NCBI GenBank assembly: GCA_903895695.1
Contig: CAITUY010000042.1
Location: 879 to 64,878 of the forward strand
DNA length: 64,000 nt
Direction of reading: 5' to 3'
DNA from: an uncultured bacterium
Lineage (GTDB): Bacteria > Verrucomicrobiota > Kiritimatiellia > CAIKKV01 > CAITUY01
Shown here: positions 55,579-64,000 of the stretch, piece after piece
How the letters are laid out: the number at the start of each line of letters is the position of its first letter
How positions within the stretch are numbered: position 1 is the stretch's first letter
Program-made: the position numbers and the translations under genes
Notes under the pieces: generated by a model
Seen by the model: only the letters and a program-made list of their open reading frames with translations
The model's database searches: none
What the model was told of the DNA's origin: nothing

Positions 55579-57207
55579 TCAAGTACAGGGTGTCAGGACG
55601 ATCCGGCGCAGGCACATCAGCCCGCCGGCGCCCATGTTTACAGGGGTGAGGATCAACGTTTGTTCGCCGGCGGCCAGGTCCAACTCGCCGACATCGTCGC
55701 GGCGGAACCGCAGCCACGAGCCGCTGCTCTGTGCGACCGCCTCGATCCGGCCGCCGGTCACGGCGACGGCAAAGCGGCTGCCCGCCGCAGCAGGTATATT
55801 CGAGTATTCGACCTGCACGGCAAATCGGCCGGCGACCGGCGCCTCGAACTGCCAACGCGCGGTATCCGCGGCCTCGCTCCAGAAACAAAGCCGTCCGCCC
55901 AGCGCATCGCAGTTGCAGTATAGCTTCGTGCCGGTGATCTGCGCACGGTTCGCCGTCAGCACGATCCGCCCGTCGGATTCCGACGCCGGGAGCCCCGGCC
56001 GCACAACCGGGGGTTCGGCGAGCGTCAATGCCACCACGGTCGCCATCGGGTCCAGGCGCGGCAATTCCAGGTCCAGCCCGGCCGTGCCCTGGCGGAATCC
56101 GACCGGCGCGCCGCCATCGATCAGGCGCGCGTCGCGGATGCGGCTCTGCCAGCCGGGCACCCGAAGCGTCCGAACCCCTTCAAAGCTGATCGCGTAAACC
56201 GTCTCGTCGCGCTGCGTGGTGACACCCCAACTCTGCCGGCCGGTCGGCCCGGCCACGGTGCCGTAGATCGCGTCCCCGTGCCGGCCCAGCCACTGGCCCA
56301 CTTCGCGGAGTTGTTCATTGACGCGCGGGGGAAACAGACCGTCGGCTTGCGGACCGACGTTGAGCAGAAAGTTGCCGCCAGCCCCGGCGCAGTCGGCCAG
56401 CCGGCCGACCAAATCCTGTGCCGTCGAGTAGAGCGCCGGATCGTCCGCCTCAATGCCCCAGCCGATGTGCGTGCTGTCGCACAGTTCCCAGGTGCGGGAC
56501 GGCGCCGACGGGGACAACACGCCTTCGGGCGTGGCATAGTCTTCGGGCAGGCCGCTGCGGTCGTTGATCACGATCTGCGGCTGCAACGACCGCACCATGG
56601 CCACCAACTCTGCCGACCGCATCGCCTGCGGGCCGAGATAGTTGCCATCGAACCACAAAAGGTCCACCGGGCCATACTGCGTCATCAATTCGCGGACCTG
56701 GCGATGATGCAGGTCCACGTACCGTGCCATGGCCGCGGGATCAGGCATCGGCTTGGACCAGGCGGCGACATCGGTCGGGTCGTAGTGGTCGACAAAATCC
56801 GGATGGTGCCAGTCGCAGAGCGAGAAGTAGAACCCGACCTTGAGCCCGTGCCGACGGCAGGCGGCGACATAGGGCTCGATCAAGTCCCGCCCCGGCCCGC
56901 GGCGCGGCGCGCAGAAATCGGTGGTCGCCGTGGGGAACAGGCAGAACCCGTCGCAGTGTTTAGTCGTCAACACGACGTAGCGCATGCCGGCGGCGACGGC
57001 GGTGCGTGCCCAGACATCGGGATCGTACGCCTCGGCCCGCCAACCGGAGGCCATCCGGGTATAGTCCGCATCGGGTATCCGGTCACGGACCTTGACCCAT
57101 TCACCCCGGCGCAGTTGCGAGTACGGGCCCCAGTGCATGAACAGCCCGAATCGGGCGTCGCGGAACCATTGCAGTCGATCGGTATGTTTGTGCGTGGTGT
57201 CGGTCAT
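55579..57207 (-). CDS. Alpha-L-fucosidase (GH29), second paralog.
   Basis: RLQWFRDARFGLFMHWGPYS...RYVVLTTKHCDGFCLFPT. ATG 57207 with a GAGGAA RBS. Confidence 0.85.
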   Translation of the reverse strand: MTDTTHKHTDRLQWFRDARFGLFMHWGPYSQLRRGEWVKVRDRIPDADYTRMASGWRAEAYDPDVWARTAVAAGMRYVVLTTKHCDGFCLFPTATTDFCAPRRGPGRDLIEPYVAACRRHGLKVGFYFSLCDWHHPDFVDHYDPTDVAAWSKPMPDPAAMARYVDLHHRQVRELMTQYGPVDLLWFDGNYLGPQAMRSAELVAMVRSLQPQIVINDRSGLPEDYATPEGVLSPSAPSRTWELCDSTHIGWGIEADDPALYSTAQDLVGRLADCAGAGGNFLLNVGPQADGLFPPRVNEQLREVGQWLGRHGDAIYGTVAGPTGRQSWGVTTQRDETVYAISFEGVRTLRVPGWQSRIRDARLIDGGAPVGFRQGTAGLDLELPRLDPMATVVALTLAEPPVVRPGLPASESDGRIVLTANRAQITGTKLYCNCDALGGRLCFWSEAADTARWQFEAPVAGRFAVQVEYSNIPAAAGSRFAVAVTGGRIEAVAQSSGSWLRFRRDDVGELDLAAGEQTLILTPVNMGAGGLMCLRRIVLTPCT

Positions 57208-57236
57208 CGCAAATTCCTCAGTCTCAGAGTTCAAGA

Positions 57237-58385
57237 TTACGTCTTCAGGCAGAGCAGCATGCCCTGGCCAGCCGCGAGCCAACAATCTTCGCCGCCCCAC
57301 GGATCCGTCTTGCCGGTATACGCGCTCACCCGCTCGACCTGGCCCGCGGCCTTGAACTGGACGCCAAACGCCGTGGACTTATGCAGGTCTTTGTTTACTA
57401 CCATCACGAACGGCTGCCCTCCCGGCCCATTAAACTCGCCGACCAGGAGTTTCCCGCCGGATACCGAAGTCAGGAGCTTGCTGCTCTCGATCCCCGAGCA
57501 GCCGGCCGGCAACTCGCCGTGGTGGAAGACGTTCAGGCTCTTGAGGCCGATATACACCGGCCCGAGGCGGTGGATCTGCAGGTTAACATCGCGGAGCATG
57601 CACCAGGTCGGCGTCTTGTGCCCGAACTGATCGATCGGGGCCAGGCGGTAGTTGCCTATGGTGGGTGCGAAGTAGGTGAAGTAGCTGATGCCCCGAGCGC
57701 CGTAGGCCAGCGTCGTATACGCCTGGAAACGGAGCCCGGCCGGCGTGGGCTCGGCATAGTTGAAGTGCGAGTTGGACAACACGATATTCCAGAAAGGCAG
57801 GTTGTGGCGCAGCGCCGCCGCGCGCACGGCCTCCAGGTTCTGGAAGTAGCCGCCCCGCAGCGATCCGTCGTCCATCAGCGCGTAGTGATCGTAGCTGATG
57901 AACCTGGGCTTGGCGTTCCCGACGAACGACTCGAGATACTCCTCATAGGTAGCGACGTTCATCTGCTTGGGCGAGGCGTAGTTCGGGAACAGGTTGATAT
58001 AGGCGAGCGCCGTGGGTGCGGCCTTGTTGAACGCCGCGGCCCACCTCCCCAGACCCGAGAACGCCTTCGCGCCCGGCTCGTCGCGCAGATAATATCCGTA
58101 AGTGGCCTTGTGATCGCCGACGCGTTTGACCAGCGCCTGCACCCTCCGGTCGATCTCTGCCGAGGGCAACTGTGCCTCGGCGTCGCCGACGTGGGTAGTG
58201 TCGTCATACACCAAACACTGAAGTCCGGCCTGGCTCACGAGGCCAAGGTTCTCCGGCTTCACGAATCCCGCGAGGTTGAACCCGCCTTCGCGGATATCCT
58301 TGAACACGTCCAAGTCGCCTCCCGTGTTTCCCCACGGCAGGATGGCAAACTCCGATGGCTTGAGCATTGGGTTCTCTTCCGTCAT
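57237..58385 (-). CDS. Hypothetical TIM-barrel glycoside-hydrolase-like protein (no signal peptide).
   Basis: 382 aa after trimming to ATG 58385. Alternating hydrophobic/acidic barrel-like pattern and NEP-like acidic motifs. Family unassignable by eye. Confidence 0.45.
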   Translation of the reverse strand: MTEENPMLKPSEFAILPWGNTGGDLDVFKDIREGGFNLAGFVKPENLGLVSQAGLQCLVYDDTTHVGDAEAQLPSAEIDRRVQALVKRVGDHKATYGYYLRDEPGAKAFSGLGRWAAAFNKAAPTALAYINLFPNYASPKQMNVATYEEYLESFVGNAKPRFISYDHYALMDDGSLRGGYFQNLEAVRAAALRHNLPFWNIVLSNSHFNYAEPTPAGLRFQAYTTLAYGARGISYFTYFAPTIGNYRLAPIDQFGHKTPTWCMLRDVNLQIHRLGPVYIGLKSLNVFHHGELPAGCSGIESSKLLTSVSGGKLLVGEFNGPGGQPFVMVVNKDLHKSTAFGVQFKAAGQVERVSAYTGKTDPWGGEDCWLAAGQGMLLCLKT

Positions 58386-58452
58386 GGCGGCTGAACGCGG
58401 GACCTCTGTCGAATGACAAAAGCAAGCTTCCCCCAGCAAAACCGCGGCGACA

Positions 58453-60036
58453 TCATACGCCGAACGGCGGCGAACGCAACTGCCGCCGCCCGACTCCGGC
58501 CAGCAGCATCGGCAGGAGGAACACCGACGCCCACAGGACGGCTTTGGCGAGGTCGCCCATTGAGACCCCGTGTTCGAAGGCCGGCAGCCAACCGTAGTAG
58601 GGCTGAAGCAGGCGATAGCCGAACAAGGGGTGATAGGCGCGGAACCAGTAACCGGGGTGCCCGCCAACGCAAAGCCCCAAGACAACGGTAACCGCCACCA
58701 GCCATAAAAATGTGGCCAGGTATGGCCGCGTAAACGGGGCGTTGTCTGGCCTGGCCGCCGCCAAAATCGGCAAAGCGCAGAGGAACGCGGGAATCACTTG
58801 AAAACGGCCGGCCGGACATGAGCCGGCGCGGAACTCGGGGTAGAGGGCGACAGAGACTACCGATCCGGCAAACATGAGCGCCCATAGACAGGAAGCCCGG
58901 CGCTGGCCCCTGACCTTCCATCCCCTGACGGCCAGTACGATCGACCACAGTGTAATCGGGCAAAGGAACACCAGTCCGATATCCCTGCCGAAGAGGACCC
59001 TTAGAACCCCCTGCGCCAGGGAGGAAGCTCTTTGCAGCAAAAGTCCTGAAACGGACCCTCCCTGCGTTGCCCCTGCGAAAAGGAAATTCTTCAGGAATGA
59101 CGACCCCATGGGCGGGAAGAATGTGCCCCATACGGAAAGCGCGAAGAGCACAAAACAGCCCCAGACGGCGCTGCTTCCTGCGACCAACAACAGACTCTTG
59201 CGCCACCCGTCGGATCGGCAGGCATCGAGCAGCATGAATAGCTGCAGGGCCAGGACAACGGGCGCGGTTCGCGGCGTCGCCAGCAAGGCCAATATTTGCA
59301 GCACAAGCGCCGCGATCCGGAACCTTGCTCCGCCGGCAAGAGCCAGTGCACCCGCGGCAAGAACAGCCGCGCCACCGAGGATCTCGGGATAGAGTTGGGT
59401 CGTGTAGTAACCAACGGGGATACCCCCGAAGAGCGCCGCCATTCCAAACGCAGGAACCCAGACGCGCTGTGCAGGGAGGTGGAGGAACGGTCGCATCAGT
59501 GCCCAGAAGAGCAAACCGGTGAGAATAGACTGAAGCAAGCCGGTAAGCCAACGGACACACTCCACCCGGTCGACATAGGGCGCCATGAACAGAGGCAGCA
59601 GGGGCGTGAACTGCATCTTCTGGGCAGCCTGCCATTGCGACGATCGATCGAGTGCGGGGACAATCCAGCCCGAGCCGAAATAGTAGGACCAGGTATCCTG
59701 CTCGGGGGAGATCACCGGGTGACTGTAGAAACGTCGATAGGCGCCGCTCTCGATGATAGGACGCACGTTCAGCCCATGGCCACCCGCGATCGCCTGTGCC
59801 ATCAGAATGTAGCTCGGTTCGTCCCCTGTCAGCAGGACCCGGCGCCGGTCGTAATCCGCGTGGCGCGGCACCAAGTGGTTCCGATACTGAGCCTGCATAC
59901 AAAAGACGACCGCCACGCCAACGACCGAGAGAAGCAGGCCGGGCAAACGCCAGCGTGACGGCAGGCCAGACCCCGCCCGAGCGCCCTCGGGCTGGGCTGA
60001 CTGACCTGCAGCGTCCTTCTCGCATTGACTAGTCAT
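58453..60036 (-). CDS. Polytopic membrane protein, possibly a GT-C-fold glycosyltransferase (ArnT/PMT-like).
   Basis: About 11-12 TM helices. DEPSY acidic motif in the first extracytoplasmic loop. 527 aa. The out-of-frame 547-aa overlapping ORF is rejected. Confidence 0.45.
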   Translation of the reverse strand: MTSQCEKDAAGQSAQPEGARAGSGLPSRWRLPGLLLSVVGVAVVFCMQAQYRNHLVPRHADYDRRRVLLTGDEPSYILMAQAIAGGHGLNVRPIIESGAYRRFYSHPVISPEQDTWSYYFGSGWIVPALDRSSQWQAAQKMQFTPLLPLFMAPYVDRVECVRWLTGLLQSILTGLLFWALMRPFLHLPAQRVWVPAFGMAALFGGIPVGYYTTQLYPEILGGAAVLAAGALALAGGARFRIAALVLQILALLATPRTAPVVLALQLFMLLDACRSDGWRKSLLLVAGSSAVWGCFVLFALSVWGTFFPPMGSSFLKNFLFAGATQGGSVSGLLLQRASSLAQGVLRVLFGRDIGLVFLCPITLWSIVLAVRGWKVRGQRRASCLWALMFAGSVVSVALYPEFRAGSCPAGRFQVIPAFLCALPILAAARPDNAPFTRPYLATFLWLVAVTVVLGLCVGGHPGYWFRAYHPLFGYRLLQPYYGWLPAFEHGVSMGDLAKAVLWASVFLLPMLLAGVGRRQLRSPPFGV

Positions 60037-60097
60037 CGAAGTCTTTCACAGAAAAACCGTTTGACGATGTCGTAGGAGTCGCCAAAAAACTTAGGAT

Positions 60098-61612
60098 TCA
60101 TAAGCCTGCCTCCCGACGGGCCGCCAACGAGCCCAGGATGGGCGCCAGTGCGGGGTTGACCTGACGAAAGAGGGCCGCGTTCTCCCGGTAAATCGCGTGG
60201 CGCCGCGCGTCCGGATCGAACACGCGGTCCCGGCGGACATACAAGTCCACCGCTTCCGCAGGCGTATGATAAACCCCCGTTCCAAGGCCCGCCAGCATCG
60301 CCGCGCCGGCGACGCCCCCTTCGGAGCCGCTCAGGCGCACGAACGGAACCCCGAAAATGTCGGCTTTGATCTGGAGCCACGCGTCGGACCGGGCGCCGCC
60401 GCCCGAGGCTACGAACTCGGTCGTATCGATGCCCATGCGGCGCAACGCCTCGATGCTATCCACGAAGTAATAGGTAGCCCCCTCCATGATGGCCTTGAGG
60501 ATTTCGCCGCGCGTGGTACTGCTCTTGAGGCCGAGGATGGCCCCGGCGCTGTCGGGCAGGTACGCCGGCCAGAGCGGTGGATCGAAATGCGGCAGAACCA
60601 GCAACCGTGTGGGCTCAAGCGGCAGTTCGGCGTTGAGCCGCGCATACACGTCGCCGGCACCCGCAGCCTCGGCGGCGGCAAACGTGTCGCGGAACCACCG
60701 GACCAGGCTGCCCGAGTGGTTGAACAGGAAGGAAACATACAGGCCCGGCAGCACGTGGTGCTCGATGTTGAGCTGCTCCCGCAACATGGCGAGCGGGTCC
60801 CGTGGTTTGGCGAAAACAGGCGTAAGGCACTCGTACGTGCCGATGCCGCACACCGCCTTGCCCGCCGCAATACACCCGCAGCCCAAGGCGTTGGGGCACT
60901 GATCGTGCCCGCCGGCCGCGACCTGCACGCCGTTGGGCAAGCCCAGGTCCGCCGCGACCGGGCCGGCAACGGTCCCGACCACGGCCCCCCCGCTCACCAC
61001 CCGCCCGAACCGACTCCGCTCCAGCCCGGCCCACGCCAACAGACGGTCCGACCAGTCGTTGGCGTCGAGATCGAACAGCAAGGTCCGGTTCGCATGGGAA
61101 TTGTTGCAGGTGGGCTCGCAGCCGAGCATGAAGTTGACCAGGTCGCTCCACAGCAGGAACAAGTCGGCCCGGGCGAACAGCTCGGGTTCGTGTTCCCGCA
61201 GCCAGAGCAGCTTCGGCAGCGCGTACTGGGGCCCCAGGATATTAGGGTTGATCCGGTAGAAGGCCTCCTGGCCGAAGTCGCGGCGCAACGCCTCGGCCAC
61301 CTCCGCGCCGCGCGGGTCGCTACTCGGGATGCTCGCGCCCAGGATCTCCCGCCGACGGGATACCGGCACCAGGGCCTCGCCCATCGCGCTCACGCACAAG
61401 GCCGTGACGGGATCGCGCCCGGCGGCCGCCGCGACTTCGCGGATCGTCTCCCGGACCTTGCCCCAGACGTCGTGGGCATCAAACTCCGACCAGGCCGGCG
61501 CCGGATGCCGCATGCGATATTCTCGTGTGGCGAATGCAAGCGACCGGCCTTCCGCGGTGAAGACCGAGGCCTTGCATTGCGACGTACCGATATCGATCCC
61601 GAGCAGGCTCAT
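60098..61612 (-). CDS. FGGY-family carbohydrate kinase (L-fuculokinase/xylulokinase-like).
   Basis: N-terminus MSLLGIDIGTSQCKASVF (FGGY phosphate-1 motif). 504 aa. C-terminal GGGARS motif. ATGA overlap with the isomerase gene. Confidence 0.85.
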   Translation of the reverse strand: MSLLGIDIGTSQCKASVFTAEGRSLAFATREYRMRHPAPAWSEFDAHDVWGKVRETIREVAAAAGRDPVTALCVSAMGEALVPVSRRREILGASIPSSDPRGAEVAEALRRDFGQEAFYRINPNILGPQYALPKLLWLREHEPELFARADLFLLWSDLVNFMLGCEPTCNNSHANRTLLFDLDANDWSDRLLAWAGLERSRFGRVVSGGAVVGTVAGPVAADLGLPNGVQVAAGGHDQCPNALGCGCIAAGKAVCGIGTYECLTPVFAKPRDPLAMLREQLNIEHHVLPGLYVSFLFNHSGSLVRWFRDTFAAAEAAGAGDVYARLNAELPLEPTRLLVLPHFDPPLWPAYLPDSAGAILGLKSSTTRGEILKAIMEGATYYFVDSIEALRRMGIDTTEFVASGGGARSDAWLQIKADIFGVPFVRLSGSEGGVAGAAMLAGLGTGVYHTPAEAVDLYVRRDRVFDPDARRHAIYRENAALFRQVNPALAPILGSLAARREAGL

Positions 61613-63003
61613 AGGGGCGTGGGCGTATACCCCAGGTAGCGGGTAAAGGCTTCGCGGACGGGAGTCGCCACGTGGTCAAACGTGACGCCGACGTGGTGGC
61701 GATAGCCTTCCTGGCCGATAACCTGGAGCTTGCTTTGCAGCCCGTCGATCTGGGCCACGCCGGCACAGCCGAAGAAATCCTTGGCGATCCGGTCGCCCGT
61801 GAAGCGCCCCTCGCCCAGGTAGAAACCGAGCTTGCCGTCGACCGTCTTCGTGCTGGCAAAGGTCATGGGCGCCTTGGCGATGCGGCCCACGTTGCAGCCG
61901 TACCCGCAGCCGGCGCCAAGCGCCTTGGCGAACATTGGGTGTTCGATCACCCGGCCTTTCGCGGACATCATCGTCTGAGGCACCGGCCCGCAGTGGAACA
62001 GGATGCACTTGTCCGGGTCGTCCCCGTAATTGTTGTTCCAGTCCAGGCAGGTGGCGGCCTTCCCCGAGGCCTGAGCGAGGGCGCTCATGGCCACCGCGTT
62101 GCAGACGTCCAACTCGCAAGCCGCCGGGATGCCGCGGTCGTTCATTTCGCCCAGAAGCACGCAGGGCGCAATGCCCAGTTGCTTTTCGAGCTCGAGCCAG
62201 CAGCGCAAAGCGATCGCATCCAGCCCGTTCTCGCGCACCATGTCATCCAGGGCCACGGCCGTCTTGACCAGGTTGGCGACCTTCACTTCCGGAACGCCTT
62301 TCCAGCCGGTGTAGGCCTTGAGCCGCACGGCCTTGGCGCGGCAGGCGACGGACGACAACTTGATGTCGCCCACGCGCTGAAAGAGCTCCGACAGGTCGAA
62401 TGTCTCGGTTGTAATACCGTAGCGCTGCAGGGTGAGTTCATCGAAACGGATGGTCTTGAAGGCCGTGGTGCGCGCACCGATGGCGCCGACGGTCAGGCGG
62501 CGCATCCGCTTCACAATCCGGCACACGGCGGCAAACCAGTCCAAGTGCTGCCGGAAGTCGGCGCTCGCCGGATGCACGGTGTGGGGAGGGAACGCCGTAA
62601 ACTTCACGCCGTACTGACAGAAGACGTCCATCACGGAGAACTTGCCGCAGAAGGCGTCGCGGCGTTGCTTGAATCCCATCCGGTTCAGTTCGTCGGGGTA
62701 GGCCTGGACGAGGATGGGGACCCCCGCATCCTGCAAGGCCGCCACGGCGCCGGTCTCGTCCCCGAAGTTGGGCAGGCAGAGAATCACGCCGTCATAGCGG
62801 CCCTGGTGTTCCGCGAGGAATTTCGCGTAGCGGCGCCCCTCCTCCTGAGTCTCCACCGCGCCGTAGCGCGTGGCCTCGGCATCGAGCGTGAGGACTCCGT
62901 GCCCCTGCCGCTTGAGAACGGCCGCCATTTCCCGGCGGGCTCCCGCAATTAGTGTCTCCGGAAAGAAGCCGCGGTTCCCAAAATAGAGCGCGAACGTGAG
63001 CAT
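61609..63003 (-). CDS. L-fucose-isomerase-family (FucI/AraA-like) sugar isomerase.
   Basis: 464 aa. N-terminus MLTFALYFGNRGFFPE and internal segments characteristic of the short L-fucose-isomerase-related family. Strong AGGAGG RBS 7 nt upstream of ATG 63003. Confidence 0.7.
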   Translation of the reverse strand: MLTFALYFGNRGFFPETLIAGARREMAAVLKRQGHGVLTLDAEATRYGAVETQEEGRRYAKFLAEHQGRYDGVILCLPNFGDETGAVAALQDAGVPILVQAYPDELNRMGFKQRRDAFCGKFSVMDVFCQYGVKFTAFPPHTVHPASADFRQHLDWFAAVCRIVKRMRRLTVGAIGARTTAFKTIRFDELTLQRYGITTETFDLSELFQRVGDIKLSSVACRAKAVRLKAYTGWKGVPEVKVANLVKTAVALDDMVRENGLDAIALRCWLELEKQLGIAPCVLLGEMNDRGIPAACELDVCNAVAMSALAQASGKAATCLDWNNNYGDDPDKCILFHCGPVPQTMMSAKGRVIEHPMFAKALGAGCGYGCNVGRIAKAPMTFASTKTVDGKLGFYLGEGRFTGDRIAKDFFGCAGVAQIDGLQSKLQVIGQEGYRHHVGVTFDHVATPVREAFTRYLGYTPTPL

Positions 63004-63105
63004 TCTCAGCCTCCTATGATTCAGTGAACACTAAACGGTGAACAGTGAACAGCAACCGCTAACCGATCAGTAAACTGTTTACTGTTTACTGTTCACCGTT
63101 TACTA
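63004..63105. promoter_or_regulatory. Array of GTGAACA/TGTTTAC/TGTTCAC repeats forming an approx. 20-bp imperfect inverted repeat, between the aldolase stop and the isomerase RBS.
   Basis: cagtgaacactaaacggtgaacagtgaacag...cagtaaactgtttactgtttactgttcaccgtttact. The distal arm overlaps the last aldolase codons. Confidence 0.4.
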
Positions 63106-64000
63106 AACTCCCCGCGTTTCCGGCGATCTCCAGTTCGTCGCGGATGATCGCCGTGGTCGTCGCATACACGGCCTCCTGGGCGCGGGCCACGGAATCCTGC
63201 ATGGACTGCTCGTAGGGCTGGCGGATGGCGGTCCCCACGTTGATCTTGGCGATGCCCTCGCGAATGGCGGCCTGTACATCTGATTTGCGGATGCCCGAGC
63301 CGCCGTGCAGGACCAGCGGCACGCCGGTTTGCTCACGGATGCGGCGCAGGTGCTCCAGGTTCAGCCGGGCCTGGACTTTCTGCCGGCCCCGGGCCGCGCC
63401 CGAGATGGCGCCATGGATGTTGCCGATGGCCACAGACAGCCAATCCACGCCCGTCCCGCGCCCGAACCGCGCGGCCTCGTCGGGATCGGTGAAACCGCGT
63501 CCGGACGCGAAAAGCTCCTCGTAAGGCGGCAGCGGCCCGGCCTCGTGGCCGAGGACCGCACCGAGTTCGCCTTCCACGGCTACGCCGGCCGCGTGCGCCA
63601 TATCCACGACGCGCCGCGTGGCGGCGATATTCTCGTCCAGCGGGAGACGCGAACCGTCGAGCATCACGGAGGCGTAGCCCAACGCCAGCGCCTCACGAAA
63701 GACGGGCACGTAGTCCACCCGCAGGTTATCCTCGTCAATCACCGGCACATGGTCGAGGTGCAGCCGGGTGTGGCGTGCATCCCCCACCCGCGCGTACTCC
63801 GTCTGCACCGCCGCCAGGCTGCCGGACTGGAATTTCATCCACTCCAGGCGCGCAACCGCAATCAGCCCGAAACTGCGCGTGTCGCGCAGCGCCCGGACCA
63901 CTGGTTCCATCATCGGCAGATAGGGAATGTTGAACGCGGGAACCACGGTCTTCGCCTGCCAGGCGCGGCGGACAATCGTTTGGGTATCGGGCGACGGTAT
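63086..64000 (-). CDS. Class II (metal-dependent) ketose-bisphosphate aldolase (FbaA/GatY/KbaY family). 5' end lies beyond the window.
   Basis: VPAFNIPYLP, HLDHVP, LHGGSGI motifs. The reading frame remains open to position 64000. Confidence 0.8.
   Translation of the reverse strand: MPSPDTQTIVRRAWQAKTVVPAFNIPYLPMMEPVVRALRDTRSFGLIAVARLEWMKFQSGSLAAVQTEYARVGDARHTRLHLDHVPVIDEDNLRVDYVPVFREALALGYASVMLDGSRLPLDENIAATRRVVDMAHAAGVAVEGELGAVLGHEAGPLPPYEELFASGRGFTDPDEAARFGRGTGVDWLSVAIGNIHGAISGAARGRQKVQARLNLEHLRRIREQTGVPLVLHGGSGIRKSDVQAAIREGIAKINVGTAIRQPYEQSMQDSVARAQEAVYATTTAIIRDELEIAGNAGSLVNGEQ

Noticed and set aside
58382-60025. 547-aa ORF out of frame with the GT-C-like membrane protein on the same strand.
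   Set aside because: Extremely Arg/Gly/Pro-rich (RGRSGGVWPA...) with no TM or domain pattern. Favoured frame gives a regular polytopic membrane protein. Kept as a low-interest note only.
60197-62952. Plus-strand ORFs of 480 aa and 426 aa antisense to the FGGY kinase and fucose-isomerase genes.
   Set aside because: Antisense high-GC artefacts. The sense-strand proteins have diagnostic FGGY and isomerase features and overlapping start/stop coupling.
1-64000. Searched by eye for tRNA/rRNA signatures (GGTTCGAATCC T-loop, 16S/23S conserved blocks) and for IS elements or transposase and integrase genes.
   Set aside because: None found. The only mobile-element-like candidate is the inverted-repeat island at 12086-12335, reported as a finding.

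Overview
High-GC (about 65-68%) bacterial chromosomal segment with tightly packed genes, many with 4-bp ATGA start/stop overlaps. No rRNA, tRNA or CRISPR array was found. The layout, in order: (a) 1-4.4 kb: a coiled-coil protein, a Pro/Ala/Thr-rich membrane protein, a small lipoprotein, a Sel1-repeat protein and cinA. (b) 4.4-26.3 kb: a large, almost uniformly minus-strand polysaccharide locus. It holds a processive GT2 with a QxxRW motif, six GT4-type glycosyltransferases (one a tandem GT4-GT4 fusion), five hexapeptide (LbH) acyltransferases, Wzx, a Wzy-like polymerase, a Wzc-like BY-kinase co-polymerase, a Wza-like exporter and a secreted glycoside hydrolase; two phosphoglucomutase-family genes lie embedded in it. 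(c) 26.4-38.5 kb: a signalling island bolted onto the polysaccharide locus. It comprises a GT26 glycosyltransferase fused to two STAS domains, an orphan REC protein, a membrane NTP-transferase/LbH protein, a standalone STAS protein, an initiating sugar-phosphate transferase, a REC-PP2C-HATPase (HsbR-like) partner-switching regulator, an Hpt protein, glycogen phosphorylase and a hybrid histidine kinase with two receivers. This is an HptB-HsbR-HsbA-like partner-switching phosphorelay that appears wired directly into exopolysaccharide synthesis, and I rank it the most interesting and probably undescribed feature. (d) 38.6-53.8 kb: a 1628-aa secreted repeat protein, a Gfo/Idh/MocA-AKR fusion oxidoreductase, an MFS transporter, an ABC-F ATPase, a URO-D-like protein and a 1286-aa secreted protein. 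(e) 53.9-64 kb: a fucose-utilisation operon with two GH29 alpha-L-fucosidases, a GH-like protein, a GT-C-like membrane protein, an FGGY kinase, an L-fucose-isomerase-family protein and a class II aldolase (3' end truncated by the window edge), plus repeat-rich putative operator/hairpin sequence. Several intergenic inverted-repeat structures are noted. The supplied ORF track renders GTG/TTG starts as M, and some N-termini were trimmed to an internal ATG with an RBS or ATGA overlap. Coordinates may be off by about 1 nt in places.
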